DNA of 64,000 nt from an uncultured Actinomycetes bacterium (GCA_963767005.1 CAVYCN010000004.1:32001-96000); one strand, 5' to 3'; counted from the first letter of the stretch, positions 8,935-19,213 are shown. The notes: generated by a model from the sequence alone, not told the origin. Numbers and translations: made by a program.

Positions 8935-9996
8935 CTAGGGACCCGCCTCGCCGGCGGGCGCCCCGGCGGTCGTGGCCGCGCTCGCCGCGCGCGCCCCGGG
9001 CGTGCGGTCGACGTCGGCGCTCTGCGTGAGCTCGAGGAAGAAGTCCTCGAGGCCCTGCTCGATCGCCGGCACGACGGCCCGCACGGCGACGTCGTCGGCC
9101 ACCAGGCGCCGCACGAGCTCGGGCACGCCGTCCGGGCCGGAGCGCACGACCAGGCTGCCCTCGTCCCAGCTCACGGCCTCGGCGCCGAACAGCGCGCGGG
9201 CCGTCTCCGCGGACTTCTGCGGGTCGTCGGTGGTCACCTTGACGGCCTCGGTGCGCGGTCGCAGGGCCGAGACAGGGCCCTCGATCACCGTGCGCCCGCG
9301 GTTGATGATGACGGCGCGGTTGCAGACCTGCTCGACCTCGTGGAGCAGGTGCGACGACAGAAAGACGGTGGTGCCGCCGGCGCCGAGCTCGCGCACGAGC
9401 TCGCGCACGTCCTTCATGCCCTGTGGGTCGAGGCCGCTCGTCGGCTCGTCGAGGATGATCACCTCGGGCCGACCGAGCAGGGCGAGCGCGATCCCGAGGC
9501 GCTGCTTCATGCCGTGCGAGTAGCCGGCCACCTTGCCGTCGGCGCGGCCGAGCAGGCCGACGACGTCGAGGACCTCGGCGATGCGCTCCTCGGTCGGGTG
9601 GCCGCCGGCCGAGCCCAGCAGGCGCAGGTTGCGGCGCGCGCTCATGGTCGGGTAGAAGGCCGGCACCTCGACGAAGCCGCCCAGGTGGCGCAGCGCGGCG
9701 ACGCGGTCGCCGGGCACGCGGTGGTCGAGCACGTCGACGTGCCCGGTCGTCGGGAAGATGAGCCCGAACATCATGCGGATCGTCGTCGTCTTGCCGGCCC
9801 CGTTCGGCCCGAGGAAGCCGAACACGTCACCGCGGCACACGGCCAGGTCGAGATGGTCGACCGCGAGCAGCTTGCCGAAGCGCTTGGTCAGGCCGTGGGT
9901 GGCAAGGACGACGGGGCGGCCGTCACAGGCGGAGGCCGCCGGACCGGTCGGTCCGGCGGCCCCCGCCTCGGCCTGCGCCGCGTGTTCGTCGGTCAT
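8935..9996 (-). CDS. ABC transporter ATP-binding protein
   Basis: Walker A GPNGAGKTT, YSHGMKQR signature, IILDEPT, SSH. Confidence 0.95.
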   Translation of the reverse strand: MTDEHAAQAEAGAAGPTGPAASACDGRPVVLATHGLTKRFGKLLAVDHLDLAVCRGDVFGFLGPNGAGKTTTIRMMFGLIFPTTGHVDVLDHRVPGDRVAALRHLGGFVEVPAFYPTMSARRNLRLLGSAGGHPTEERIAEVLDVVGLLGRADGKVAGYSHGMKQRLGIALALLGRPEVIILDEPTSGLDPQGMKDVRELVRELGAGGTTVFLSSHLLHEVEQVCNRAVIINRGRTVIEGPVSALRPRTEAVKVTTDDPQKSAETARALFGAEAVSWDEGSLVVRSGPDGVPELVRRLVADDVAVRAVVPAIEQGLEDFFLELTQSADVDRTPGARAASAATTAGAPAGEAGP

Positions 9997-10005
9997 GCGC
10001 GCGTC

Positions 10006-11307
10006 TTAGTGCAGAGTGCCGGCGATCTGCGCCACGACGCTCATCGGCACCAGGCCGACCACCACGACGCGCACGTCGCCGCGCCGGAAGGTGTCGACCG
10101 CGCCGAGCGGCGTCTGCAGGCGCGTGCCCTGCGTGGCGTTCGCCTTGCCGCCGCCGAGGATCGACAGGGCACCGAGCTGCTGCTGGAGCTGGGCGTCCTG
10201 CGCGGCCGTGGTCTTCGCCTCGATCACCAGCACGGTGCCGAGGCCCTTGCCGTAGACGAGCAGGGCGGCGCGGTGTCCGGCGAGCCGGGAGACGGCCGCG
10301 CGCTGTGCGGCCGTCAGGCCGCTCGCCGCCTTGACCGCGGCCGGCGTGACGAAGGCGCCGCGGAACGACACCCCGGCCGGCGTCGACGACGGCGTCAGCA
10401 GGTACGGCGCCTGCGCCCTGGCCTGCGCCAGCGTGAGCGGCCTGGCCGCGTGCTGCGTGCCGGTGCGCCCTGGCGCGACGCCGGCCGCGCCGGCGCCAAG
10501 CGACGGCACGCTCAGGGTCTTGTGCACGGCCTTGGAGCCGGCCGGCGGCGTGAAGGTGAAGAGGCTGTTCGACAAGCGGCCGAACGAGACGCTGGTGAAG
10601 CCGGCTGAGAGGACGGCCGTGGCATCGCCCTTGGCGAACACCTGCACGCGCAGCGGCAGCCAGCGGCGGCCATCGATCGCCACGGTCACCGAGCCGACGC
10701 TCGTGAGCGGCGACGTCGGCGTAAGCTTCAGCAGGTACGCCTGGCGGCCGGCCACCGTGGTCTGCCCGGCCACCGACAGCTTCGCCGTCGGCGCGAGGCG
10801 CGAGATCAGCGTCTCGATCGCCGTCGTCGGGTCCAGGCTCGCGGCCGGCGACGGCGCCGTGGTGCCGGCGCCCGACTTGACGCCCTTGGCGGCCGGCAGC
10901 GTGTACCGCGTGGCCGTCGAGGTCATCGAGTCCCAGGTCCAGACGGCGCGCCCGTTCACGACCGCCACGAAGTCGCCGTTCTGGCCCTGCTGCTCGAGGC
11001 GCAGCTTGCCGTCCTGCACCCAGACCCGGCCCGATCCGCCGGCGAGCAGCGACGACAGCCCCGTCGGCGTGGCGTTGCCGAGCGACAGCAGCGACGACGC
11101 GCTGCCGAGCAGGTCGTTGCTCCAGGTCACGTCGCCGCTCACGGCGGTCGTGCCGTGCGCCTTCGTAGCGACGTTGCCCAGAAGCTGCGCGACGCCGATC
11201 GGCCGCAGGGTCGACGGACCCTTGGCGGCGGCCGTCACGACGCCGACGATGAGGACCGCGACGAGCACCGCCGCGGCGGCGAGGATGGTGAGGGTCTTGC
11301 GACGCAT
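10006..11307 (-). CDS. Exported LolA/LppX-like (lipoprotein-carrier-fold) protein
   Basis: Signal/anchor MRRKTLTILAAAAVLVAVL; RVWVQDGKLRLE, VAGRQAYLLKLTP, VAIDG..LPLRVQV, FTFTPPAGSK typical of actinobacterial LolA-like proteins. Confidence 0.7.
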   Translation of the reverse strand: MRRKTLTILAAAAVLVAVLIVGVVTAAAKGPSTLRPIGVAQLLGNVATKAHGTTAVSGDVTWSNDLLGSASSLLSLGNATPTGLSSLLAGGSGRVWVQDGKLRLEQQGQNGDFVAVVNGRAVWTWDSMTSTATRYTLPAAKGVKSGAGTTAPSPAASLDPTTAIETLISRLAPTAKLSVAGQTTVAGRQAYLLKLTPTSPLTSVGSVTVAIDGRRWLPLRVQVFAKGDATAVLSAGFTSVSFGRLSNSLFTFTPPAGSKAVHKTLSVPSLGAGAAGVAPGRTGTQHAARPLTLAQARAQAPYLLTPSSTPAGVSFRGAFVTPAAVKAASGLTAAQRAAVSRLAGHRAALLVYGKGLGTVLVIEAKTTAAQDAQLQQQLGALSILGGGKANATQGTRLQTPLGAVDTFRRGDVRVVVVGLVPMSVVAQIAGTLH

Positions 11308-11489
11308 GGTCCGCTCCCTTCGCTCCCACGGCCCGCGCGCGGCCGCGTCTGCTTCTCGAGCGCTACCCGTCATTGTTCCATATCCGCCACGGAACCGAAC
11401 GTGGCCGGCCCGCCGACCGGTGCCGCCGGGACGGGTGGCCGAGCACGGCCGCCGGACGCGGTCGTCCCCGGGCCGGCCTTCCGCCGGCG

Positions 11490-12761
11490 TTACGGCAACG
11501 TCATGACATACGACTTCCAGCCTGCGTAGAAGCCGGCCCACGACACGCCGAGGTCGCGGCGCACGACGCCCTGGACCGCCGCCGGCCGCAGCGAGGTGTT
11601 CGCCACATCGACGCTGAAGCGCCGCATGGTGGCGAGGCCCCAGCGGGCGATGAGGTATTTCACAAGGGCGCCGCCCTCCAGATAGGCGAGATCCACCCTG
11701 GCCATACGGTTGCTCGACCAGAGGTCGCTCGATGCGAACAGCGAGAGCAGCGGCAGGGTGTGGTCGCCGCGCGCCACCTCGACCTGCAGCGGCCCGTAGG
11801 TGCGCGAGCCCTCGACGTCGGTGGCCATGCCCTCGAGCAGGAGCGGCGGCTGGTGAGCCGTGTGGTAGAACCAGCGCCAGGTCAGCGTGTGGGTCACCTC
11901 GTGGGCGAGCATGTGCCGGGTCCACGGGTCGTTGGGCGTGAGCGCCGAGGCCAGCACGCCGACGTCGGTCGGCCACCACAGCTTCGCCGGCGCCGTGGTA
12001 GGCAAGCGGGCGAAGAAACGCTCGCGGACGCTCGCCCGCGTCTGGCCCAGATACGCCGCGACCTCGGCCGCCGTCGAGTACAGAAAGACGACGATCGGGC
12101 GGCTGCCGGTCACCCCGAGGACGGACCGCAGGTCGGCCCGCGCGAGCGGCATGTCGGCGGCGAGCTCGTCGGCCAGGGGTCGCCAGCTCCCGTCGCAGAT
12201 CACGACGGCGCCGTCGCGCGCGACCAGCCGCGGCATGCGAAAGGCCATGAGGTACTGATGTGCCGTGCGCGTCGGGGTGCGATCGCCGGTGACCACGAGC
12301 TGCCCGCCCTCCCAGGCGACGACGAGCAGGCGTTCCGCCACGACCCGGCCGGATGGCCCGGCTCCGCCGGGCCGTCCCTCGAACTTGACGTCGTAGGCGA
12401 CCGGCACCTGCCGGCTCGTCGTGACGACGGCACGCAAACGCGTCCAGGGGATCGGCGTGAGGTGCCGGTAGAGCTCGTCCAGGGCACGGCGAGCGGCGGA
12501 CCCGCGCGGGGCCAGGATGCCGCGCCAGGCCGCCTCGTCGTGCGCCGTCACCGCCGGCAGGGCGGCGTCGATCCAGCGCTGGACGGTCGTCGCCGGCACG
12601 GCGGCGGACGCCCCGCCGCCGACTGAGACGATCGCCACGCGCCGGGCCGGGGCGCGGAACGCCTGCACGAAGGCGACGCCGGCGACCGCGAGCAGGGCCG
12701 CGACGGCGAGCAGCAACAGCGGCCTCACCCGTGAGCCGCCCGGCTGAAGGTGGTCGTCCAT
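11490..12761 (-). CDS. Membrane-anchored putative gluzincin (peptidase MA-like) protein
   Basis: N-terminal TM segment; LAHEVTH zinc motif followed by LLEGMA; DLAYLEG; candidate leaderless start. Confidence 0.7.
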   Translation of the reverse strand: MDDHLQPGGSRVRPLLLLAVAALLAVAGVAFVQAFRAPARRVAIVSVGGGASAAVPATTVQRWIDAALPAVTAHDEAAWRGILAPRGSAARRALDELYRHLTPIPWTRLRAVVTTSRQVPVAYDVKFEGRPGGAGPSGRVVAERLLVVAWEGGQLVVTGDRTPTRTAHQYLMAFRMPRLVARDGAVVICDGSWRPLADELAADMPLARADLRSVLGVTGSRPIVVFLYSTAAEVAAYLGQTRASVRERFFARLPTTAPAKLWWPTDVGVLASALTPNDPWTRHMLAHEVTHTLTWRWFYHTAHQPPLLLEGMATDVEGSRTYGPLQVEVARGDHTLPLLSLFASSDLWSSNRMARVDLAYLEGGALVKYLIARWGLATMRRFSVDVANTSLRPAAVQGVVRRDLGVSWAGFYAGWKSYVMTLP

Positions 12762-12991
12762 GGTCCGCAGCGTAGCATCGCGCAGCCCGCGGAGCACTGC
12801 GGCGGCCGTCGACACCGTAGCCCGGCCGGCGACGAGCAGGCCGGCGCGCGACGTCCGGCGGGAACCGCAGGGCAAGGCGTGACCGCCGTTCGGCCGCCGG
12901 GGCACGCCCCCGCGCCGCAGGTGAGGAAGCGGCGGCGCAGAATGTGAGTGGTCAACGGAAGCGGCGGCCGGAGGGGCGGCGCAGGGGGGCG

Positions 12992-14269
12992 ATGGGACCG
13001 AGCGACGACAGGCGGCGCGGCCGGGACCGGCGAGGCCGAGCGCAGCACACCGGCCGGAGCACACCCGGCCGCGCCATCGCCGCGGCGCGCGATGAGGGGC
13101 CGACGCGGTACCGCGCGCACCGTCTGCGCGCCTCACGATCGCGCGTGCTGCTCGCCGTCGCCGTCATCGCGGCCACGATCGTCGCCGCCCTGGCCCTCGC
13201 GGCGGCGCTGACGCCGCGCGGCGGCGGGGGCGGCACCGCCGCCGCGCGCACCACGCCGGGCGCCGGCGAGACCGCCGCGGGCCCGACGAGCCCGGCGACG
13301 GCCGCGACGCCGCCGGTCACGGTCGTCTCTGGCGGCGACACGATGGCCGACCGCCAAGTCAAGGCGTTCATCCGCCGGCACGGCGCGGACGCCGTGCTGA
13401 CCGGCATCGCACCGCTGCTGCGGTCGGCCGACGTCGCCTGGGTCAACCTCGAGTCGCCGCTCACCACGATCAGCGACCCCTGGCCCGGCAAGGACGTGCG
13501 CTTCCAGGGCGACCCGCGCCTCGCGGCCGCCCTGGCCGCCGCCGGCGTCGACCTCGTCAACATGGCCAACAACCACGCCCTCGACCAGGGCCACGCCGGG
13601 CTGCTCGACTCGATCCGCCGGCTCGAGCGGGCCGGCGTCGGGGTGGTCGGCGCCGGCCGCGACGCCGCCGCGGCCCGCCGGCCCGTGATCGTGCGCACGA
13701 GCGGCGGCGCCACGGTCGGCTTCCTCGGCTGGACCGACATCATCTGGCCCGGCTTCGCGGCGGGCACGTCGCCGGGCGTCGCCACCGCGAGCCCGGACAT
13801 GGCCTTCGTGGAGCAGGCCATCCGCAGCCTCAAGCGGCGCGTCGACTACGTCGTCGTGTGCTTCCACTGGGGCATCGAGTACACGGACGTGCCGATCGCG
13901 TCGCAGGTCGCCGAGGCGCACGCGGCGATCGACGCCGGCGCCGACCTCGTGATCGGTCACCATCCGCACGTGCTCCAGGGCGTGCAGCTCTACCACGGCC
14001 GTCTGATCGCCTACAGCCTCGGCGACCTCGTGTTCGACCACTACAGCGTGGCGACCGGGCAGACCGTGCTCGTCGACGCCGAGCTGCGACCCCACGGCGT
14101 GCGGGTCACGCTCATCCCGGTCTACGCCTCGGCGAACGGCATCCCCGCGGTTGTCACAGGTGCCGCCGCACGTGGCATACTCGTCCACATGCGACGGCTT
14201 TCGGCAGCCCTGGGCACCCGCGTCACGATCACAGGCGATCGCGGCTACGTGAGGTCGGCCGGCGCGTGA
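12992..14269 (+). CDS. CapA/PgsA-family metallophosphoesterase-fold protein
   Basis: GGDTM, NLESP, MANNHALD, FHWGIEY, GADLVIGHHPHVLQ, YSLGD; start uncertain (12944 or 12992). Confidence 0.9.
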   Translation: MGPSDDRRRGRDRRGRAQHTGRSTPGRAIAAARDEGPTRYRAHRLRASRSRVLLAVAVIAATIVAALALAAALTPRGGGGGTAAARTTPGAGETAAGPTSPATAATPPVTVVSGGDTMADRQVKAFIRRHGADAVLTGIAPLLRSADVAWVNLESPLTTISDPWPGKDVRFQGDPRLAAALAAAGVDLVNMANNHALDQGHAGLLDSIRRLERAGVGVVGAGRDAAAARRPVIVRTSGGATVGFLGWTDIIWPGFAAGTSPGVATASPDMAFVEQAIRSLKRRVDYVVVCFHWGIEYTDVPIASQVAEAHAAIDAGADLVIGHHPHVLQGVQLYHGRLIAYSLGDLVFDHYSVATGQTVLVDAELRPHGVRVTLIPVYASANGIPAVVTGAAARGILVHMRRLSAALGTRVTITGDRGYVRSAGA

Positions 14270-15162
14270 TCCCCGTCCTCTTCCACGTCGGACCGTTCAC
14301 GATCTACAGCTTCGGCGTCATGGCCGCCGCGGCGCTCGTGTCGGCCTGCTACGTCGCCTACCGCGTGCTGCGCACCCGCGGCGTGTCGTTCGAGTTCGCC
14401 TACGAGCTGCTGTTCGTGGCCGGCATCGGCGGCTTCGCCGGCGCGCGCATCTACTACCTGATCCAGCACTGGCACACCGTCCGCGGCGACCTGTTCCACA
14501 ACACGTTCAGCGGCTCCGGCTTCACCTGGTACGGCGGCCTGATCGGCGGCTTCGTCTGCGTCGTTCTGTGGAGCCGCTTCCGGCACGTGCCGGTCGGCCT
14601 CATGGCCAACGCCGCCGGGCCCGCGGTCGCCATGGGCTACGCCGTCGGGCGCATCGGCTGCCTGCTGTCGGGCGACGGCGACTACGGCAGCCCCACCAAG
14701 TCGTTCATCGGCATCGCCTTCCCGCACGGCACCGTGCCCACCCCGCCCGGCGTGAAGGTCTGGCCGACGCCGCCCATGGAGACGGTGAGCATGCTCATCG
14801 TCTGCTGGATGCTCTACCGCATGGCGCGCCGGGCGCAGCCCGGCTGGTACGTCTGGGGCTGGTTCATGGTGCTCGCCGGAGCCGAGCGGTTCCTGATCGA
14901 GTTCATCCGTCGCAACCCCGTGGTCTTGCTCGGTCTGCGCACCACGCAGTGGGAGTCGATCGCCAGCGTGCTGATCGGCGTCGCCATCATCCTCGCCGTG
15001 CGCCACCGCGCGCCCGTCGAGGCGACGATGCGCGCGACGCCCGCGCCCGTGGTGGCGCGCGGCGGGGGAGGCTCGGCGGCCGGCCCCGGCGGTACGCGGG
15101 CGGCCGCCGGCAAGCCGGCCCGCAAGCGCCGGCCGGCGCGGACCGGCCGCGCTCGCCCCTAG
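14266..15162 (+). CDS. lgt: Prolipoprotein diacylglyceryl transferase family
   Basis: IPVLFHVGPFTIYSFG, GARIYY, WYGGLIGG, GRIGC, ERFLIEFIR; GTGA overlap with capA-like gene. Confidence 0.85.
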   Translation: MIPVLFHVGPFTIYSFGVMAAAALVSACYVAYRVLRTRGVSFEFAYELLFVAGIGGFAGARIYYLIQHWHTVRGDLFHNTFSGSGFTWYGGLIGGFVCVVLWSRFRHVPVGLMANAAGPAVAMGYAVGRIGCLLSGDGDYGSPTKSFIGIAFPHGTVPTPPGVKVWPTPPMETVSMLIVCWMLYRMARRAQPGWYVWGWFMVLAGAERFLIEFIRRNPVVLLGLRTTQWESIASVLIGVAIILAVRHRAPVEATMRATPAPVVARGGGGSAAGPGGTRAAAGKPARKRRPARTGRARP

Positions 15163-15227
15163 ACCCTCGGGCGACGACCTCACCTCAGGCCGACCCGGCG
15201 TCATTTCGCGCGCCCGGCGTGCGCCCG

Positions 15228-16055
15228 CTACGACGCCGCCTCGGCCGACTCGCGCCCCGCGCCGCGCGCCGCGCGCGCCGGTACCGCGACCGGCACCAGC
15301 AGCAGCGGGCACGGCGCCTCGTCGAGGAGGGTGTGCACGAAGGGCGAGCGCCCCGAGCTGAAGACCCCGGTCCAGGCCAGCACGATGAGGTCGGCAGGCG
15401 GACGGCTGGCTTCGTCGATGATCACCGCGGGCGGCTCGCCGACGCGCAGCACGGTGCGATGGCGACCGCCCTCGGGGCAGGTCGCGAAGCGCATCGTGAA
15501 CTCCTCGTGCCACGACGACCACTCGTAGTGCTCCTGGTCGACCATGCGCGGCGCCGGCATGCTGCCGGGCTCGTCGGGGGTGTCGATCGTGCCGACGTGG
15601 AGCACGACGATCTCGCGGCCGCGGCGGCAGAACGCCTCTTCGGTGAGGCGCATCGCCTCAGAGCTCGACGGGCTACCCTCGAGCGGCACCACGAGGCGGC
15701 GCAGCGCCGCGAGCGGGCGCATGCCCGGGCGCAACACGAACAGGGGCTGCGGCGCGCGGGCGAGCAGGGCGTCGGCCACACGGCCGACGCCCTGCTCGCC
15801 CGCCCGCCGCGAAACGAAGGCGATCACGTCGTCGTCGCCCGCGGCCGCCAGGGCGACCGTGGCCGGCTCACCGACCGCCTCGTCGACCGCAACGCTCGCC
15901 GCGAGCGCCGCCGGGAGCCGCAGGTCGGCCGCCGCGGCGCTCGGCTTGACGTGGAGCCCGCGTAGCGGCCAGCCGCCGGCGTGCGCCAGCGCGCCCGCCG
16001 ACACCAGCAGCTCCTCGTCCTCGGAGACCGCTTCGAGCAACACGAGCAGGTTCAT
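15228..16055 (-). CDS. Universal stress protein (tandem Usp domains)
   Basis: GRVADALLARAPQPLFVL, LVVPLEGS, GEPPAVII, ADLIVLAW, LLDEAPCPLLLVP; ATGA overlap with GH65. Confidence 0.8.
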   Translation of the reverse strand: MNLLVLLEAVSEDEELLVSAGALAHAGGWPLRGLHVKPSAAAADLRLPAALAASVAVDEAVGEPATVALAAAGDDDVIAFVSRRAGEQGVGRVADALLARAPQPLFVLRPGMRPLAALRRLVVPLEGSPSSSEAMRLTEEAFCRRGREIVVLHVGTIDTPDEPGSMPAPRMVDQEHYEWSSWHEEFTMRFATCPEGGRHRTVLRVGEPPAVIIDEASRPPADLIVLAWTGVFSSGRSPFVHTLLDEAPCPLLLVPVAVPARAARGAGRESAEAAS

Positions 16056-19000
16056 GTCGTCTCCTCCCAGGTTCCCCTCGGGCCCTTGCGGAAGTGGTGC
16101 TCGCCGCTTGCTAGGCGGCGCTTGCGGCGCCCCACGCGGACGGTGACCGGTCCACCGTCGACGGTGAGATCGAGTCGCTCGCCGGTGGCTGCGACGCGGT
16201 AGCGCGCGCCTCTGAACTGCACGGTGTAGTCGAACGAGCTCCACTCCTCGGGCAGGTGCGGGTCGATCACGAGCGTCTCGTCGTCGCGCCGCACCCCGCC
16301 GAAGCCCATGACCGCCGCCTGCCACAGCCCGCCCATGGTGGCCATGTGGAGGCCGCGGGCCGCGTTGCCCATGTTGTCGGACAGGTCGATGTCTGAGGCC
16401 ATGCGGAACGCCTCGAAGGCGAGGCGCGTGTCGCCGAGGCGAGCCGCCAGAGCGGCGTGGATTGCCGGCGACAGTGAGCTGCCGTGGCTCGTGATGGGCT
16501 CGTAGTAGCGCAGGTTGGCCTGCGCCACGTCGGGCGGGATCTCGTTCGAGAGGACGTAGCAGAGCATGACGACGTCGGCCTGCTTCACGACCTTGGAGTT
16601 GAGCGTCACATCGCGCCCGAGCAGCAGGTCGGCCGCCATCGGCCGCGCCGCGAGGGCGGCCGGGTCGACGTCGGCCAGGCCGTAGAAGCCGGCGAACTGC
16701 TCGTAGAGCCTGGTGGCCGGGTCGAAGCCGTCGACGAGCGCGTCGGCCACGTTGCGCCAGTGGGTGAGCTCGCCGGGCGTGAGGCCGACGCGCTCGCCGA
16801 GCGCCGCCGCGCGTGCGGGGTCGCGCGCCGCGAGCCACGGGTAGGCATCGAGGGCGCGCTCGATGTTGGAGCGGGCCAGGACGTTCGTGTAGGCGTTGTC
16901 GTCGACGCCCTCGTGGTACTCGTCGGGCCCGACGACCAGAGGGATGTGAAAGCGGCCGAGCTCGTCGCGCGACGCGCGCGAGGCCCAGAAGCGCGCGGTC
17001 TCGAGCAGCAGCTCCACCCCCATGCGCTCCATGAACTCGTCATCGCCGGTGCACTTCCAGTACTCCCATACCGCCCAGGCGACGTCGGCCGAGATGTGGT
17101 GCTCGAGCAGGCCAGACAGGATGGGGATCATCTCGCCGTGCGGGCCGATGCCGTAGGGCGGGGTGGTCTCGGTGCCGCGGTCGGCCGACTCCCACGGAAA
17201 GAGCGCGCCCTTGTGACCCATGTCGCGCGCCTTCTTGCGGGCGCCGTCGAGGTTGCGGTAGCGGTACGAGAGCAGCGTGCGAGCCGTCTCGGGGTGCGTG
17301 TAGATGAAGTACGGCACGACGAAGATCTCGGTGTCCCAGAAGACGTGGTTGAAGTAGGACAGGCCCGACAGGCCGCGGGCGCCGACCGAGACGCTCTCCT
17401 TGGTCGGGTGGGCCGTGGACATCATGTGGAACATCGAGAATCGCAGGGCGAGCTCCGCGTGCGGGTCGCCGCCGACGGACACCGCGGCGCCGGCCCAGCG
17501 CTCGCGCCAGGCCGCCACGTGGCGTCGCAGGAGCTCGTCGAAGCCCTGCTCCTCGGCCCGGTGCAGCACGGTGAGCGCGGCAGAGGAGGCGGGCGGACGA
17601 TCCGCCGACGACACGAGCGCCGCGAAGCGGTCGATGGCGGCCGGCTCGTCGCAGTCGAGCCGCCCGCCGATCACGTCGCGCGAGCGCTCCAGGTAGCGCG
17701 CCACCGGCGAGCCCGACGCCGGCCGGGTCGACACGGCGAGCACATGGCCGCCGCCCTTGCGCCCCTTGGTGCGCGTCACGAAGCCGGTCCCGTCGAGCCA
17801 AGCCAGCGCGGCCTCGTACATCGGCCCCCCGGCATGCGAGACGCCGATGCAGGCCTCCCACACGAGGCGACCGCAGAAGTCCTCGGGACTCGCCTCGGCC
17901 CGCAGGACCATGATCGCGCGGTCGGCGAGCGAGGCGAAGCGCGCCGTGCGCACCCGTACCGTGCGACCCACGCGGTCGCGCTGGCGCCAGTAGCGAAAGA
18001 CGATGCCCTGGCGCATGTCGAGGACGCGGCGATGCTCGACCACCTCGCCGTTGGTCAGCGTGAGCGGCATGCCCTCGACGAGCAGCCGCAGGCACAGCCA
18101 GTCGGGCGCCGTGACCGGCTGGCGGATGTGCAGGTCGCCGGTGTCGTCGCCGTAGACGCCGGCCACGAAGGTCGCCGGCGTCGAGGCCGGCGAGCCCTCC
18201 TCGAGCGAGCCGCGCGTGCCGCTCTCGCCGTTGGCGACGGTGAGCCAGGTCTCGACCTCGCGCTCGCGGAACGGGTCGAAGCCTTCGACCTGGAAGAGCC
18301 AGTCGGTCTGCGTCGTGGGCGACGGGAAGCTCTCGAGCACACGCGCCTCGCGCAGCTCGATCTGCTCGTCGAGCACGCCGAGCACGGTGGCCGGCCCTCC
18401 GCCGAGCGCCCGCACGCCCCGGCGGGCGCCGTCGGCGTGCTCGCCGACCGCCGCGAAGGCCGCGCCGTGCAGCTCCGGGATCATGAGCCGCGCCGCGGGA
18501 CAGCCGGGCTCGCCGTCGGCGCCGAAGCCGTCGGCCACGACGAGCACCTCGCGGGCGTCGTAGTCGCGGTAGCGCACGATCCACTGCAGCAGCCAGCGCA
18601 TGCTGTCGGCGAAGTCGGTGTGCGAGAGCTCGAGCAGGCCGTCGCGCCAGGCGACGCGCGGCCGCGAGACGCCGGCGCCGCGCGCCAGGCGCGTGGCGAG
18701 CGCGACGAGCGCGGCCGGCCCGGACAGGCCGGCGGCCGCCAGACGCTCGTCGAGCACTCCGTCGACCGAGCCGCGGCTCACGTTCAGGCGCCGCCGCCAG
18801 CGATCGCCACCGGCCGGGCGCGCCGGCAGGCCCCGCGCCGCCAGGTCGTCGCGCACTGCGGCCAGGGCATGGGAGAGCCGCTCGTCCTCGTCGGCGCTCA
18901 CCAAACGGCGCTCGATCAGGCGCGGGCCGGCCGAGCCGGCGACGTAGGCCTCGGCGCCGTCGGAGAGCAGCAGGAAGAGCCGACCCTCGACGTCGGGCCG

Positions 19001-19213
19001 GGCGCGCAGGCGGGCATCGACGTCGCCGATGCCCGCCTGCGCGACGAGCGCGACATCGACCCCGAGCGAGGTCAGGCGCTCGATACGCTCCCGCAGCTCG
19101 AGGGGGGCGTCGTCGTCACCCTGCGGCGCCGCCGCCGCCCACTCCAGGCACACGACGCGGAAGGCTCGGCCCAGCAGGGTCGTTCCAGAGATGGTGGCAG
19201 CCGGCGGACGCAT
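16052..19213 (-). CDS. Glycoside hydrolase family 65 (kojibiose/trehalose phosphorylase-like) with degenerate N-terminal HAD-like domain
   Basis: LTVANGESGTRG, ARGLSG.SY..HVFWDTE, GPDEYHE, DDNAYTN, VVKQADV, HGSSLS, GLHMATMGG; start 19213 or 19255. Confidence 0.92.
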   Translation of the reverse strand: MRPPAATISGTTLLGRAFRVVCLEWAAAAPQGDDDAPLELRERIERLTSLGVDVALVAQAGIGDVDARLRARPDVEGRLFLLLSDGAEAYVAGSAGPRLIERRLVSADEDERLSHALAAVRDDLAARGLPARPAGGDRWRRRLNVSRGSVDGVLDERLAAAGLSGPAALVALATRLARGAGVSRPRVAWRDGLLELSHTDFADSMRWLLQWIVRYRDYDAREVLVVADGFGADGEPGCPAARLMIPELHGAAFAAVGEHADGARRGVRALGGGPATVLGVLDEQIELREARVLESFPSPTTQTDWLFQVEGFDPFREREVETWLTVANGESGTRGSLEEGSPASTPATFVAGVYGDDTGDLHIRQPVTAPDWLCLRLLVEGMPLTLTNGEVVEHRRVLDMRQGIVFRYWRQRDRVGRTVRVRTARFASLADRAIMVLRAEASPEDFCGRLVWEACIGVSHAGGPMYEAALAWLDGTGFVTRTKGRKGGGHVLAVSTRPASGSPVARYLERSRDVIGGRLDCDEPAAIDRFAALVSSADRPPASSAALTVLHRAEEQGFDELLRRHVAAWRERWAGAAVSVGGDPHAELALRFSMFHMMSTAHPTKESVSVGARGLSGLSYFNHVFWDTEIFVVPYFIYTHPETARTLLSYRYRNLDGARKKARDMGHKGALFPWESADRGTETTPPYGIGPHGEMIPILSGLLEHHISADVAWAVWEYWKCTGDDEFMERMGVELLLETARFWASRASRDELGRFHIPLVVGPDEYHEGVDDNAYTNVLARSNIERALDAYPWLAARDPARAAALGERVGLTPGELTHWRNVADALVDGFDPATRLYEQFAGFYGLADVDPAALAARPMAADLLLGRDVTLNSKVVKQADVVMLCYVLSNEIPPDVAQANLRYYEPITSHGSSLSPAIHAALAARLGDTRLAFEAFRMASDIDLSDNMGNAARGLHMATMGGLWQAAVMGFGGVRRDDETLVIDPHLPEEWSSFDYTVQFRGARYRVAATGERLDLTVDGGPVTVRVGRRKRRLASGEHHFRKGPRGTWEETT

